DNA of 26,191 nt from a virus (lineage: Duplodnaviria > Caudoviricetes): positions 1 through 26,191 of IMG/VR virus record IMGVR_UViG_3300033475_000874, one strand, 5' to 3'. The notes below the pieces were generated by a model. That model made no database searches and was not told the origin of the DNA. It saw only the letters and a list, made by a program, of their open reading frames with translations. This document shows, one piece after another, positions 1 to 7,975 of the stretch (positions are counted from its first letter, which is position 1; each line of letters opens with the position of its first letter). The position numbers and the translations under genes are program-made.

Positions 1-6
1 GCGATT

Positions 7-282
7 ATGGGCGAAACAAAAATATACCGGCAAAAAAACTTAACCTTTATAGTAAGCCCCCAAAGAATCACAGTAAGAACGTCGCTACCACAGACGTTCT
101 TTTTAGAGCCACGACAACATTATTGGAAAAAAAGAGTAGCACTTATAGCGATGATGATCGAACTTAACGAGATAAGAACCTTGAATGAATTGGCAGAGTG
201 GACACGTCCAGGCGTTGACTGGGTAAGCACTAGGGTTAATTATCCACTTGAAAATGAGAAAGAAGTAGTGTATAATCATTAG
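7..282 (+). CDS. hypothetical protein
   Basis: 91-aa ORF with ATG start, same strand as neighbours; no recognisable motif. Confidence 0.55.
   Translation: MGETKIYRQKNLTFIVSPQRITVRTSLPQTFFLEPRQHYWKKRVALIAMMIELNEIRTLNELAEWTRPGVDWVSTRVNYPLENEKEVVYNH
248..276 (+). promoter_or_regulatory. sigma70-type promoter
   Basis: TTGAAA (248-253), 17-bp spacer, TATAAT (271-276). Confidence 0.7.
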
Positions 283-289
283 CATGAGA

Positions 290-350
290 GCTGCACGGAC
301 CTCGAAAATATTAAACCCACTATCTCGCCGTGCAGCGGATAGTGGGTTTT
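290..350 (+). promoter_or_regulatory. structured 5' leader: terminator-like hairpin whose loop can pair with upstream sequence (pseudoknot or attenuator)
   Basis: GCTGCACGG 290-298 is complementary to CCGTGCAGC 328-336; AAACCCACTATC 313-324 is complementary to GATAGTGGGTTT 338-349. Confidence 0.6.
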
Positions 351-366
351 GTGGATTGGAGGAATC

Positions 367-840
367 ATGAAAAAGTCAATAATTTTATCAATACTAGCAA
401 TTACGATCTTGACCGCCGGGATAGTGTATGCGACACAGCCAGAGGCTATAGCACCTGTGAGTGAGACTCACGAAGTAACACCTAAGGAACAGAGTGAGCC
501 TACCCCAGAAGATACTCCCAGTGAATCAACCCAACCCGATGATCCCGAGTCCCCCCTGCCAGAAACTGAAGAGCCAGCTACGCCTGTCCCACAACCACCA
601 CGTACTTTAGGTAGAGGTTACGACCCAACAGCTCCCGTAGTGCAAAGTGCGCCAGAAGCCGTTACTGATCCCCTAACTATTATGTCAGTATCAATAACAG
701 ACGCTACCCCGACCCCAAGAAACCCAACCCCAGCTCGAACTTGCCAGTACACACTATATAACGGTGTTATTGAAGTAGTTATGCAGCCGCAGACCAAGTC
801 TTGCCAATTAGAGGGCGACATATTCTATGCCTATGCGTAG
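367..840 (+). CDS. secreted or membrane-anchored Pro/Thr/Glu/Ser-rich protein
   Basis: GGAGG SD then ATG at 367; MKK + hydrophobic stretch + VYA signal-peptide-like N-terminus; low-complexity PEST-rich middle; small C-terminal domain with two Cys. Confidence 0.75.
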   Translation: MKKSIILSILAITILTAGIVYATQPEAIAPVSETHEVTPKEQSEPTPEDTPSESTQPDDPESPLPETEEPATPVPQPPRTLGRGYDPTAPVVQSAPEAVTDPLTIMSVSITDATPTPRNPTPARTCQYTLYNGVIEVVMQPQTKSCQLEGDIFYAYA

Positions 841-873
841 ACTATCTGGTGGGGTTTTTGTTTTAGAGGTTAC

Positions 874-1821
874 ATGCGGATAGCCATGGTGGGGAACTTC
901 ACCCAGCCGCATTGTTCGGAAGTACATTGGGCAGCTACCCTAGAAGAATTAGGTTGTTCAGTAACACGGATACAAGAGAATACATTACAACCAGGTACTT
1001 TAGCAGCTAGAGTAGATCAGCACGATATGATGTTGTGGGTACGCACATGGCAGGGTTTTGTTTCAAAGAGTGATCTTGACCAACTAAAGTCTCTTAAAAT
1101 ACCTACAGTGTCACTACATTTAGACCTCTATGTTGGGTTGCAACGTGAATCGGGCCTAGATAGTGATATGTTCTGGAGGACGGATCATGTGTTTTCAGCA
1201 GACGGTGACCCACATACTGAAGAGGTGTTTAGACGAAAAGGCATTAACCACCACTATCTTCCACCTGGAGTATATAAGCCAGAGTGTGTGCTTGGCACCC
1301 CACAAGATAGATTTAAACAAGATATTATTTTTATAGGTGGTGGCTCTTTGTACCACCCTCTCGACTGGCCGTATCGTATGCAACTGCTCAATTATTTGTC
1401 AGGTACATACGGAAGTAGGTATACAAAGTATGGTTATCCTGAGCCAACCATAAGGAACCAGGAGTTGAATGATTTGTATGCGTCAGTAAAAATAGCAGTG
1501 GGTGACTCATTAAACATAGGGTTTAACCATGAAAATTATACCAGTGACAGACTATTCGAGAGCGTTGGGCGTGGCGCATTCACGATATACCCTAGGATTA
1601 AAGGTATAGAAGACATGCTAGTCGAAGACAAGGAAATAGTATATTACGACTATGGGGATTTTGAAGAGCTTAACGAGAAAATAAATTATTATTTAACCCA
1701 TAATGATGAGAGGGGAACCATCCGCATAGCTGGGCATGAGCGGGTGAAAAAAGATCATACTTACCATAACAGACTGCAACAAATGCTAAGCGTACTTAAA
1801 GAAGAAGGGGCTATCAAATAA
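874..1821 (+). CDS. glycosyltransferase, GT-B fold, CgeB/Glyco_trans_1_2-like
   Basis: DIIFIGG, LNDLYASVKI, SDRLFES-G-GAF and HTYHNR motifs typical of CgeB-type C-terminal domains. Confidence 0.85.
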   Translation: MRIAMVGNFTQPHCSEVHWAATLEELGCSVTRIQENTLQPGTLAARVDQHDMMLWVRTWQGFVSKSDLDQLKSLKIPTVSLHLDLYVGLQRESGLDSDMFWRTDHVFSADGDPHTEEVFRRKGINHHYLPPGVYKPECVLGTPQDRFKQDIIFIGGGSLYHPLDWPYRMQLLNYLSGTYGSRYTKYGYPEPTIRNQELNDLYASVKIAVGDSLNIGFNHENYTSDRLFESVGRGAFTIYPRIKGIEDMLVEDKEIVYYDYGDFEELNEKINYYLTHNDERGTIRIAGHERVKKDHTYHNRLQQMLSVLKEEGAIK

Positions 1822-2276
1822 TGTTGATTAATCTTGGCTCAGGTAATGCGCCGATGAAAGACCATGTGAATGTCGATATGCTGATGCGTGATGATGTCGA
1901 TGTAATCCACAACCTGATGGACTTCCCCTATCCTTTTGGAGATGGGGTAGCTGACTCAATAAAGGCAATGGATGTTATTGAACACTTAGATAATTATACT
2001 GACGATAAGCGCCCAACTATTATAGCCTTTGTCGAGGAGTGCCATAGGATATTAAAAGTAGGGGGCGAGCTATACATCCAAACGCCGAGCTGGGACTCGG
2101 AACTTTTTAAAATAGATGTGACCCATGTCAGGGGGTTTAATATTAAGAGCTTCGACTTTTTCGACCCTGAGACGGAGTATGGCGAGATTAGAGCATTTTA
2201 TTCTAACGCACGGTTCAAGGTGAAGGCTAAAGAATTAAAGAATAAGAATTTGAGATTTTGGATGTATAAGATATGA
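1821..2276 (+). CDS. class I SAM-dependent methyltransferase (Methyltransf_11-like)
   Basis: INLGSG motif I, PYPF-D, DVIEHL, ECHRILKVGG-L-I-TP. Confidence 0.85.
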   Translation: MLINLGSGNAPMKDHVNVDMLMRDDVDVIHNLMDFPYPFGDGVADSIKAMDVIEHLDNYTDDKRPTIIAFVEECHRILKVGGELYIQTPSWDSELFKIDVTHVRGFNIKSFDFFDPETEYGEIRAFYSNARFKVKAKELKNKNLRFWMYKI

Positions 2277-2905
2277 GTGTACTTATAATTCAAAGTCACT
2301 ATGATGATGGTCCTCTAAGCGTAGGTCAGTTTATGGCTGGTCGTAACGACTGTACCGTGCTAACTGTGTTTTCTGCGATACCAAAAGACAAAGATTTACT
2401 AACTGATTATGATAAATCGTGTGGTTTTAAATCATCAAAAGAAGCAATGGAATCCCGGCGCTGGGAAGACGGACAAGCCACAGCTATGTTAGGAGCTGAA
2501 TGGGAACATTTAGGGAGGCTTGATTATCAATATTCAAACGGTGATTATAAGAATCTTTCAACTCAACTTATCGGTATGATAGCGCTAGGGGATTACGAAA
2601 TGGTATTAGCCCCACTAGGATTGAGGCACCCGGATCACCTTGCGGTCGGCGATGCGATTATAAAACTTGGCCTGAGTAATCTATATCTTTATGAGGATTT
2701 GCCTCATCGAGTAACACATCCAGAACTAGTATTTGAAAGACTTAAAAATTTACCTGAGCAAATAAAGCCAAAACTAGAGTTTATAGGGGATGGGCCGATA
2801 GAAATTAAAATGAGAGCTTTAATGTGCTATAAATCTCAGATGTTACGAGGTGATTTGAACCCTTATAATTTGTATGTGTCAGAGAGGTTCCATCATGTCG
2901 GTTAA
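2273..2905 (+). CDS. PIG-L/LmbE-family N-acetyl-sugar deacetylase
   Basis: SHYDD (HxDD) and HPDH metal motifs, R-W-ED, YEDLP, CYKSQ. Confidence 0.85.
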   Translation: MSVLIIQSHYDDGPLSVGQFMAGRNDCTVLTVFSAIPKDKDLLTDYDKSCGFKSSKEAMESRRWEDGQATAMLGAEWEHLGRLDYQYSNGDYKNLSTQLIGMIALGDYEMVLAPLGLRHPDHLAVGDAIIKLGLSNLYLYEDLPHRVTHPELVFERLKNLPEQIKPKLEFIGDGPIEIKMRALMCYKSQMLRGDLNPYNLYVSERFHHVG

Positions 2906-3404
2906 CTTAGACTTAGGCTGCGGATATGTTGACCATCCCGACTTTATAGCGGTAGATAAGTTAAATTATGGGCATAATATTATAGCTGACGTTTTAGAAG
3001 GCTTGCCATTCCCTGACGATTACTTTGACTTCGTACTAATGAACCACACCTTGCAGATGTTTAAATACGATGAACTACCTATTGTTTTAAAAGAAGTGCG
3101 GCGGGTTATGAAGAAAAATGGTATCTTGAGAATATTAGTACCAGACTTAGACAGAGCTATTACAGCTTACCAAAAAGGCGACGCTAGTTACTTCCCTATA
3201 TCAGATGAACTAGAGCCAGACTTATCTGGTAAACTAGCACGATATATGTTCTGGCACGGTGACACCCATTGTATGTTTAATTGGCAAAGCCTTATTTCAT
3301 TATTAGAGCGGAATGGTTTTGATTCTATGTATGTCGATACTTTTGGTAATTGCGAGCTTGACAGCCGAGAAAAAGAAAGCCTGGTAGTTGTATGCGAAAA
3401 ATAG
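2895..3404 (+). CDS. class I SAM-dependent methyltransferase (Methyltransf_11-like)
   Basis: LDLGCG, GLPFPDDYFDFV, EVRRVMKKNG-LRI-VPD; GAGAGG SD before ATG 2895. Confidence 0.85.
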   Translation: MSVNLDLGCGYVDHPDFIAVDKLNYGHNIIADVLEGLPFPDDYFDFVLMNHTLQMFKYDELPIVLKEVRRVMKKNGILRILVPDLDRAITAYQKGDASYFPISDELEPDLSGKLARYMFWHGDTHCMFNWQSLISLLERNGFDSMYVDTFGNCELDSREKESLVVVCEK

Positions 3405-4402
3405 GATTAATAGCCAGGGCTGATGTAAAAGGAGGGCTAGGGATACAGACCTATCGGCTTAATCGTCTATTGAAACCAGACAAAGTAATGCTCATAGACT
3501 CAAGTTCGTTTAACGGCAACCAACAGTACCCCGAGTTATACGATGATGTTGAAGCGATTAATGGCTTCCCAACACCTGAGCAGATAGCAGACTTCTGTAA
3601 GCAAGTTGATATTGTTATTTCATGCGAGACATTTTATAGTGACTACTTTGTAGATATTGCAAGAGCCAACAATACTAAAACTATTCTCATATTCAATTAT
3701 GAGTTTTTAGACCAGCTCAATAGGCCTCATTTATCTCTCCCCGATAAGTTAATACAGCCGAGCTATTGGTACTTAGACGAGATGAAGACAAGATTTAACG
3801 CTGAGTACTTGCCTACCCCTATATTTGAAGATGAGTTTGAAAAGGCGAGAGAGATCAATTTGAAGCGTACAGGACGTAAGTTTCTATTTATGAACGGTAA
3901 GACAGCGGCTGAAGATAGAAACGGCCTACAATCGCTTTATAGAGCCTTAGAATTGTCAAAAGGTGACTTCACTGTGACGGTAAAAGCCCAGAATGACGTG
4001 CCGAAACATCCCGACCCACGTTTAATATATGACTTTACTAATCCAGAAAACCAGAATGATTTGTATGAAGGGTTTGATTGTCTAATCCAACCCAGAAGAT
4101 ACGGCGGCCAAACGCTTAGCATGACAGAAGCTTTACAAAGTGCCATGCCAGTTATAATGACAGATATAGAACCTAATAATAAAGTCCTGCCGAAAGAATG
4201 GCTCGTCCCAGCTAAGGTAAATGGGCAATTAATGACTAGGATTATGCTAGATGTATACGATGCTAACTCAGGCTCACTCGCGGATATGCTTGACACTACG
4301 TTTGTGACTAAAGAAGGGAAGAAAAAAGCCTGTGCTATCGGCAAACAGTACGATGCTGAAACATTAAGATCAGAATATGAGGCTTTGTTATCGTCACTAT
4401 AA
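3392..4402 (+). CDS. glycosyltransferase, GT-B fold (GT4-like)
   Basis: GGLG near the N-terminus; DCLIQPRRYGGQTLSMTEAL--AMPVIMTD C-terminal donor-binding motif. Confidence 0.85.
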   Translation: MRKIGLIARADVKGGLGIQTYRLNRLLKPDKVMLIDSSSFNGNQQYPELYDDVEAINGFPTPEQIADFCKQVDIVISCETFYSDYFVDIARANNTKTILIFNYEFLDQLNRPHLSLPDKLIQPSYWYLDEMKTRFNAEYLPTPIFEDEFEKAREINLKRTGRKFLFMNGKTAAEDRNGLQSLYRALELSKGDFTVTVKAQNDVPKHPDPRLIYDFTNPENQNDLYEGFDCLIQPRRYGGQTLSMTEALQSAMPVIMTDIEPNNKVLPKEWLVPAKVNGQLMTRIMLDVYDANSGSLADMLDTTFVTKEGKKKACAIGKQYDAETLRSEYEALLSSL

Positions 4403-5142
4403 TTTTGCCGATCAGTAGGACGGATTATTTGCGTCCCGTTTTCGATTGCCTTATAAACCTCGAAAAGCCAGACGACACTGAGCTTCTGATCATTACAGAT
4501 GGAGACGTAAACTTAGAAAGAGCTGTTGACAAACGGTTAGATTCAGTTAGCTTTGCCAAAATACAAGTAGTAAGCTACGGAGAAAAACCAGCAACGACAA
4601 TTAACGAGCGACGCTTCAGGATATCTGATATTCACAATAAAGCCAAACACTATGTTAGTGGTGATTGTGACTATGTATTTTTAGTGGAAGACGATACTAC
4701 TTACCCAAAAGAGACCCTGACTAAGCTATTTAAATCATTTAAATCTGTGGAAAACTGTATGTATGTAGAGGGGGTACAACTAGGGAGGCATGGGGCGGCT
4801 TATGTGGGTGCATGGCTTTACGATCAGGATGTATTTATGTCTCTCATGCCAGGGAAAGGAGTAGAGCAAATATCAGCGGGGGGTTTTTATTGTGCTTTAA
4901 CCGACGCTGAGTTATATAAGATGCATCACTTTGAGCCATTTGATAAAGAAGGCACGAATGGACTTAGTTGTGACGTTAACTATGGGATCTATTTAAAACA
5001 ACAGGGGTATGAGTGCTTGATAGATTGGTCAATACAAACAGATCATATAGGAGAGCGGGGTAGTGTTAATTTAGGAAATACTATGCCCGAGCAATTACAG
5101 TTTAAAAAAGAAAACGATAAATGGAGATGTATACGATTATGA
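4390..5142 (+). CDS. glycosyltransferase, GT-A fold (GT2-like); probable ATC start
   Basis: N-terminal (I)VTIILPISR strand, DYVFLVEDD DxD-like motif, GGFYC, D..Y...L, late H; frame is open from 4381 and GAGG lies 7 nt before ATC 4390. Confidence 0.75.
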   Translation: MVTIILPISRTDYLRPVFDCLINLEKPDDTELLIITDGDVNLERAVDKRLDSVSFAKIQVVSYGEKPATTINERRFRISDIHNKAKHYVSGDCDYVFLVEDDTTYPKETLTKLFKSFKSVENCMYVEGVQLGRHGAAYVGAWLYDQDVFMSLMPGKGVEQISAGGFYCALTDAELYKMHHFEPFDKEGTNGLSCDVNYGIYLKQQGYECLIDWSIQTDHIGERGSVNLGNTMPEQLQFKKENDKWRCIRL

Positions 5143-6305
5143 ATCTACCAATAAAAGATATAAAAACTAATCCTAAGAACCCCAGAATTATTAAAGACGA
5201 CAAGTTTAAAAAGCTAGTACAGAGTTTAAAAGACTTCCCAGAAATGGCAGACGTGAGGGAGATAGTAGTTAATAAAGATCACATCGTGCTAGGCGGTAAT
5301 ATGCGCCTGAAAGCTATGCAAGAGGCGGGGTGGAAGGAAGCGCCAGTTAAAGTAGTTGATTGGTCACAGGATAAGCAAGATGAGTTCGTAGTGAAAGATA
5401 ACGCAAGTTTTGGCGAGTGGGATTGGGACGAGCTAGGTAATCAATATGAGGCAGCAGAGCTTATCGAGTGGGGGCTTGATCTGCCTAATGGGTTAGGCGA
5501 TGAAGAAGTCGAAGAAGACGAAGCACCCGAAGTATCACAAGAAGAACCAAAGAGCAAGCTAGGCGAAATTTACAAGCTAGGGCGGCATAGGGTTATGTCT
5601 GGAGATAGTATAGATAATGAACAAGTTAAGCGACTTATGAATGGAGACACACCAGAATTACTATTTACAGACCCACCTTATCGAATGGAAGCAGAAGGTG
5701 GGAGCAACCAATGGGTTGGGAAACAGGCCCGTAAACTAGGCGAAACAATTAAAGACATTGTAGACTTTGAGCCAGAGCCTTTTCTCTCAGTAATAGCAGA
5801 CATATTTAAGCCAAAGATGAACGCTTATATATTTTGCAATAAAGATTTAGTGCCAGACTACCTATTATGGGCAAGAGATAATAAGTTTGGGTTTAACATA
5901 CTGGTTTGGAAAAAACCAAATGCATTACCACTTGGTGGTTCACACCGACCAGACCTAGAGTACATAATAAAAGTTCATAAAAGTGCGGTGTGGAACAACG
6001 GAATATCAGATGTAAACTATTCAAAGTGCTTGGAGTACAGTAGAGATAACTCTGAAAATCATCCAACTATTAAACCGTTAGGGTTGATAGTCAACGAACT
6101 CAAGATTAGCAGCACAAGACAAGGAATAGTATTAGACCTTTATCTAGGGTCAGGCTCTACCCTCATAGCCTGCGAACAAACAGACCGTACTTGCTACGGT
6201 ATGGAGCTAGACCCCAAGTATGTAGACGTTATACGAAAGCGTTATCACAAGTTCATAACAGGAGAGGTTGATGGATGGGAACTTGCCACACCTGCTATAA
6301 TGTGA
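5139..6305 (+). CDS. ParB-like N-terminal domain fused to an N6-adenine/N4-cytosine DNA methyltransferase
   Basis: NPKNPR...LGGNMRLKA ParB-N; LGRHR, TDPPY, HPTIKP, DLYLGSGSTLIA, MELDPKY. Confidence 0.9.
   Translation: MNLPIKDIKTNPKNPRIIKDDKFKKLVQSLKDFPEMADVREIVVNKDHIVLGGNMRLKAMQEAGWKEAPVKVVDWSQDKQDEFVVKDNASFGEWDWDELGNQYEAAELIEWGLDLPNGLGDEEVEEDEAPEVSQEEPKSKLGEIYKLGRHRVMSGDSIDNEQVKRLMNGDTPELLFTDPPYRMEAEGGSNQWVGKQARKLGETIKDIVDFEPEPFLSVIADIFKPKMNAYIFCNKDLVPDYLLWARDNKFGFNILVWKKPNALPLGGSHRPDLEYIIKVHKSAVWNNGISDVNYSKCLEYSRDNSENHPTIKPLGLIVNELKISSTRQGIVLDLYLGSGSTLIACEQTDRTCYGMELDPKYVDVIRKRYHKFITGEVDGWELATPAIM
6293..6301 (+). promoter_or_regulatory. extended -10 promoter, probably giving leaderless terS mRNA
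   Basis: TGCTATAAT, with ATG at 6308 at the expected +1. Confidence 0.5.
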
Positions 6306-6307
6306 TT

Positions 6308-6760
6308 ATGAATGATACCGATACAGAACAAACGGGATTGAAGCGAAACAAAAAAGGGCAGATTATTGGTGGCACTCCACCCGCTGGCTTTAATAAGCAC
6401 CCTGAAAACATATCTCCTGGCGGCTGGAAAAAAGAGAATACAATCTCATACCAATACAATCGCTTTTTAAATATGACTCCCGAAGAACTGAAAGCGTTTT
6501 CACAAACACCCGATAAAGAACGGACGGTAGCGATGGACATAGCCTATAGCCGTGTACTAGCTAGCCGTAAGAGCTTGCCTGACGTAAGAGAGATAACGGA
6601 CAGAACCGAAGGCAAAGCAGCCCAAGCAATAGACCATACAAGCTCAGACGGTTCGATGACACCACAAGTAATAATAGAAAGTGTCTATGCAAACAAGCCA
6701 AACTTCCGCCCCGACAATTCGCCTACCGAGGCAGATGACGTGGCAGCGGACAGTAACTGA
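6308..6760 (+). CDS. terS: terminase small subunit
   Basis: Directly upstream of terL; RNKKGQ...NISPGG N-terminal motif and DRTEGKA-Q motif typical of small terminases. Confidence 0.75.
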   Translation: MNDTDTEQTGLKRNKKGQIIGGTPPAGFNKHPENISPGGWKKENTISYQYNRFLNMTPEELKAFSQTPDKERTVAMDIAYSRVLASRKSLPDVREITDRTEGKAAQAIDHTSSDGSMTPQVIIESVYANKPNFRPDNSPTEADDVAADSN

Positions 6761-7919
6761 GAACCGAGCCAGATTTAAGATACTAAGGGCTGGCAGACGT
6801 GTAGGTAAGACTTACTTCTTTATTATAGACAGCCTTAGTTTAGGCTTACTATACCCTAACCTGTCATTATGCTATGTCGGCTTGACTTATGGGCATGCAA
6901 AGGATGTGGTATGGGAAGACTATTTAAAACTAGCCGATGGTTTAATAGCCTATAAGAACTCGCAGGAGCTTCTAATACGGCTTCACAATGGTACTCGCAT
7001 CAAGCTCTATTCGTGGGACTCGATAGATAATATGCTAGGTAAGAAGTACCATAAGGTTTACTTAGACGAGTGCGCCGTGGCTAAGAACCTTAAAAAAGCG
7101 TGGGATGATGTGATTGAACCAACCTTGCTAGACTTCCATGGGGAAGCTATATTTGCATCTATGCCAAGAGGTAAGGGGCAGTTTAAAAGGTTGATAGATG
7201 ACTCTAAAACTAAAGATGACTGGCAGGACTTTCACTTTACTTCGTATGATAACGAAACTATACCAGGGGTGAAAGAAGAACTAGATCGAAAGAAAAAAGA
7301 TATTAGCCCATCAGTTTTCGCCCAACAATACTTAGCAGAGTTTACTGATCTAGAAGGTAGGATATACACTGAGTTTAACCGTGACCAGACGTTGGCAGAC
7401 ATACCGTTTGAGCCTGTCACATGGGGTTTTTCGGTTGACTTTGGGTATAATCACCCACTAGCAGCTTATTTGTACGCTATCGGGCCAGACGACCAGGTGC
7501 ATGTATATCGGGAACTATACGAACGCAAACTAGATGATACGCAACGCCTAGCCAAGATAAAGGAACTTACAGAGGGGTATGATATTACTGTTGCGGTGGG
7601 AGACTCGGAAGACCCGTTGGCTATTGTGTCACTTAATAAAGAGCTACCGTTTACTATAGAGGGGGCAGTTAAGGGCAAAGACTCGGTATTCAACGGGATA
7701 ACCGAGATGAAGTCCCGTATACACAAGAGAGACATTACTTTTAATGATTCCTGTATTTACTTGGCAGATGAGCTCGAAGCCTATTCGTGGAAGATAGATA
7801 AAGCTGGCGAGCAGATGGATGAGCCGATAAAGGAAATGGACGATGCGGTTGACTCGGTGCGGTACTTCGTAACTAAATTCTATAGCCGAGAGATTATTGA
7901 CTGGCCTGGCATTCGCTAG
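6687..7919 (+). CDS. terL: terminase large subunit
   Basis: Walker A GRRVGKT, Walker B VYLDE, nuclease motifs VDFG and DDAVDSVRY. Confidence 0.95.
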   Translation: MQTSQTSAPTIRLPRQMTWQRTVTENRARFKILRAGRRVGKTYFFIIDSLSLGLLYPNLSLCYVGLTYGHAKDVVWEDYLKLADGLIAYKNSQELLIRLHNGTRIKLYSWDSIDNMLGKKYHKVYLDECAVAKNLKKAWDDVIEPTLLDFHGEAIFASMPRGKGQFKRLIDDSKTKDDWQDFHFTSYDNETIPGVKEELDRKKKDISPSVFAQQYLAEFTDLEGRIYTEFNRDQTLADIPFEPVTWGFSVDFGYNHPLAAYLYAIGPDDQVHVYRELYERKLDDTQRLAKIKELTEGYDITVAVGDSEDPLAIVSLNKELPFTIEGAVKGKDSVFNGITEMKSRIHKRDITFNDSCIYLADELEAYSWKIDKAGEQMDEPIKEMDDAVDSVRYFVTKFYSREIIDWPGIR

Positions 7920-7937
7920 TCAGACCTGTTTGCTAAC

Positions 7938-7946
7938 TGTTACAAT
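7938..7946 (+). promoter_or_regulatory. extended -10 promoter for the portal module
   Basis: TGTTACAAT followed by TAATATAGAC in the intergenic gap. Confidence 0.45.
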
Positions 7947-7975
7947 TAATATAGACATAATTATAGGAAACATAC

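Noticed and set aside
841-866. Terminator after the secreted protein gene (GGGG followed by a T-run)
   Set aside because: No adjacent complementary arm to form a hairpin
874-6305. GT cluster as a DNA hypermodification system
   Set aside because: Not excluded but disfavoured: no hydroxymethylase, TET/JBP, kinase or similar base-priming enzyme is visible, the cluster adjoins late genes, and the ParB-MTase is a common terminase neighbour on its own
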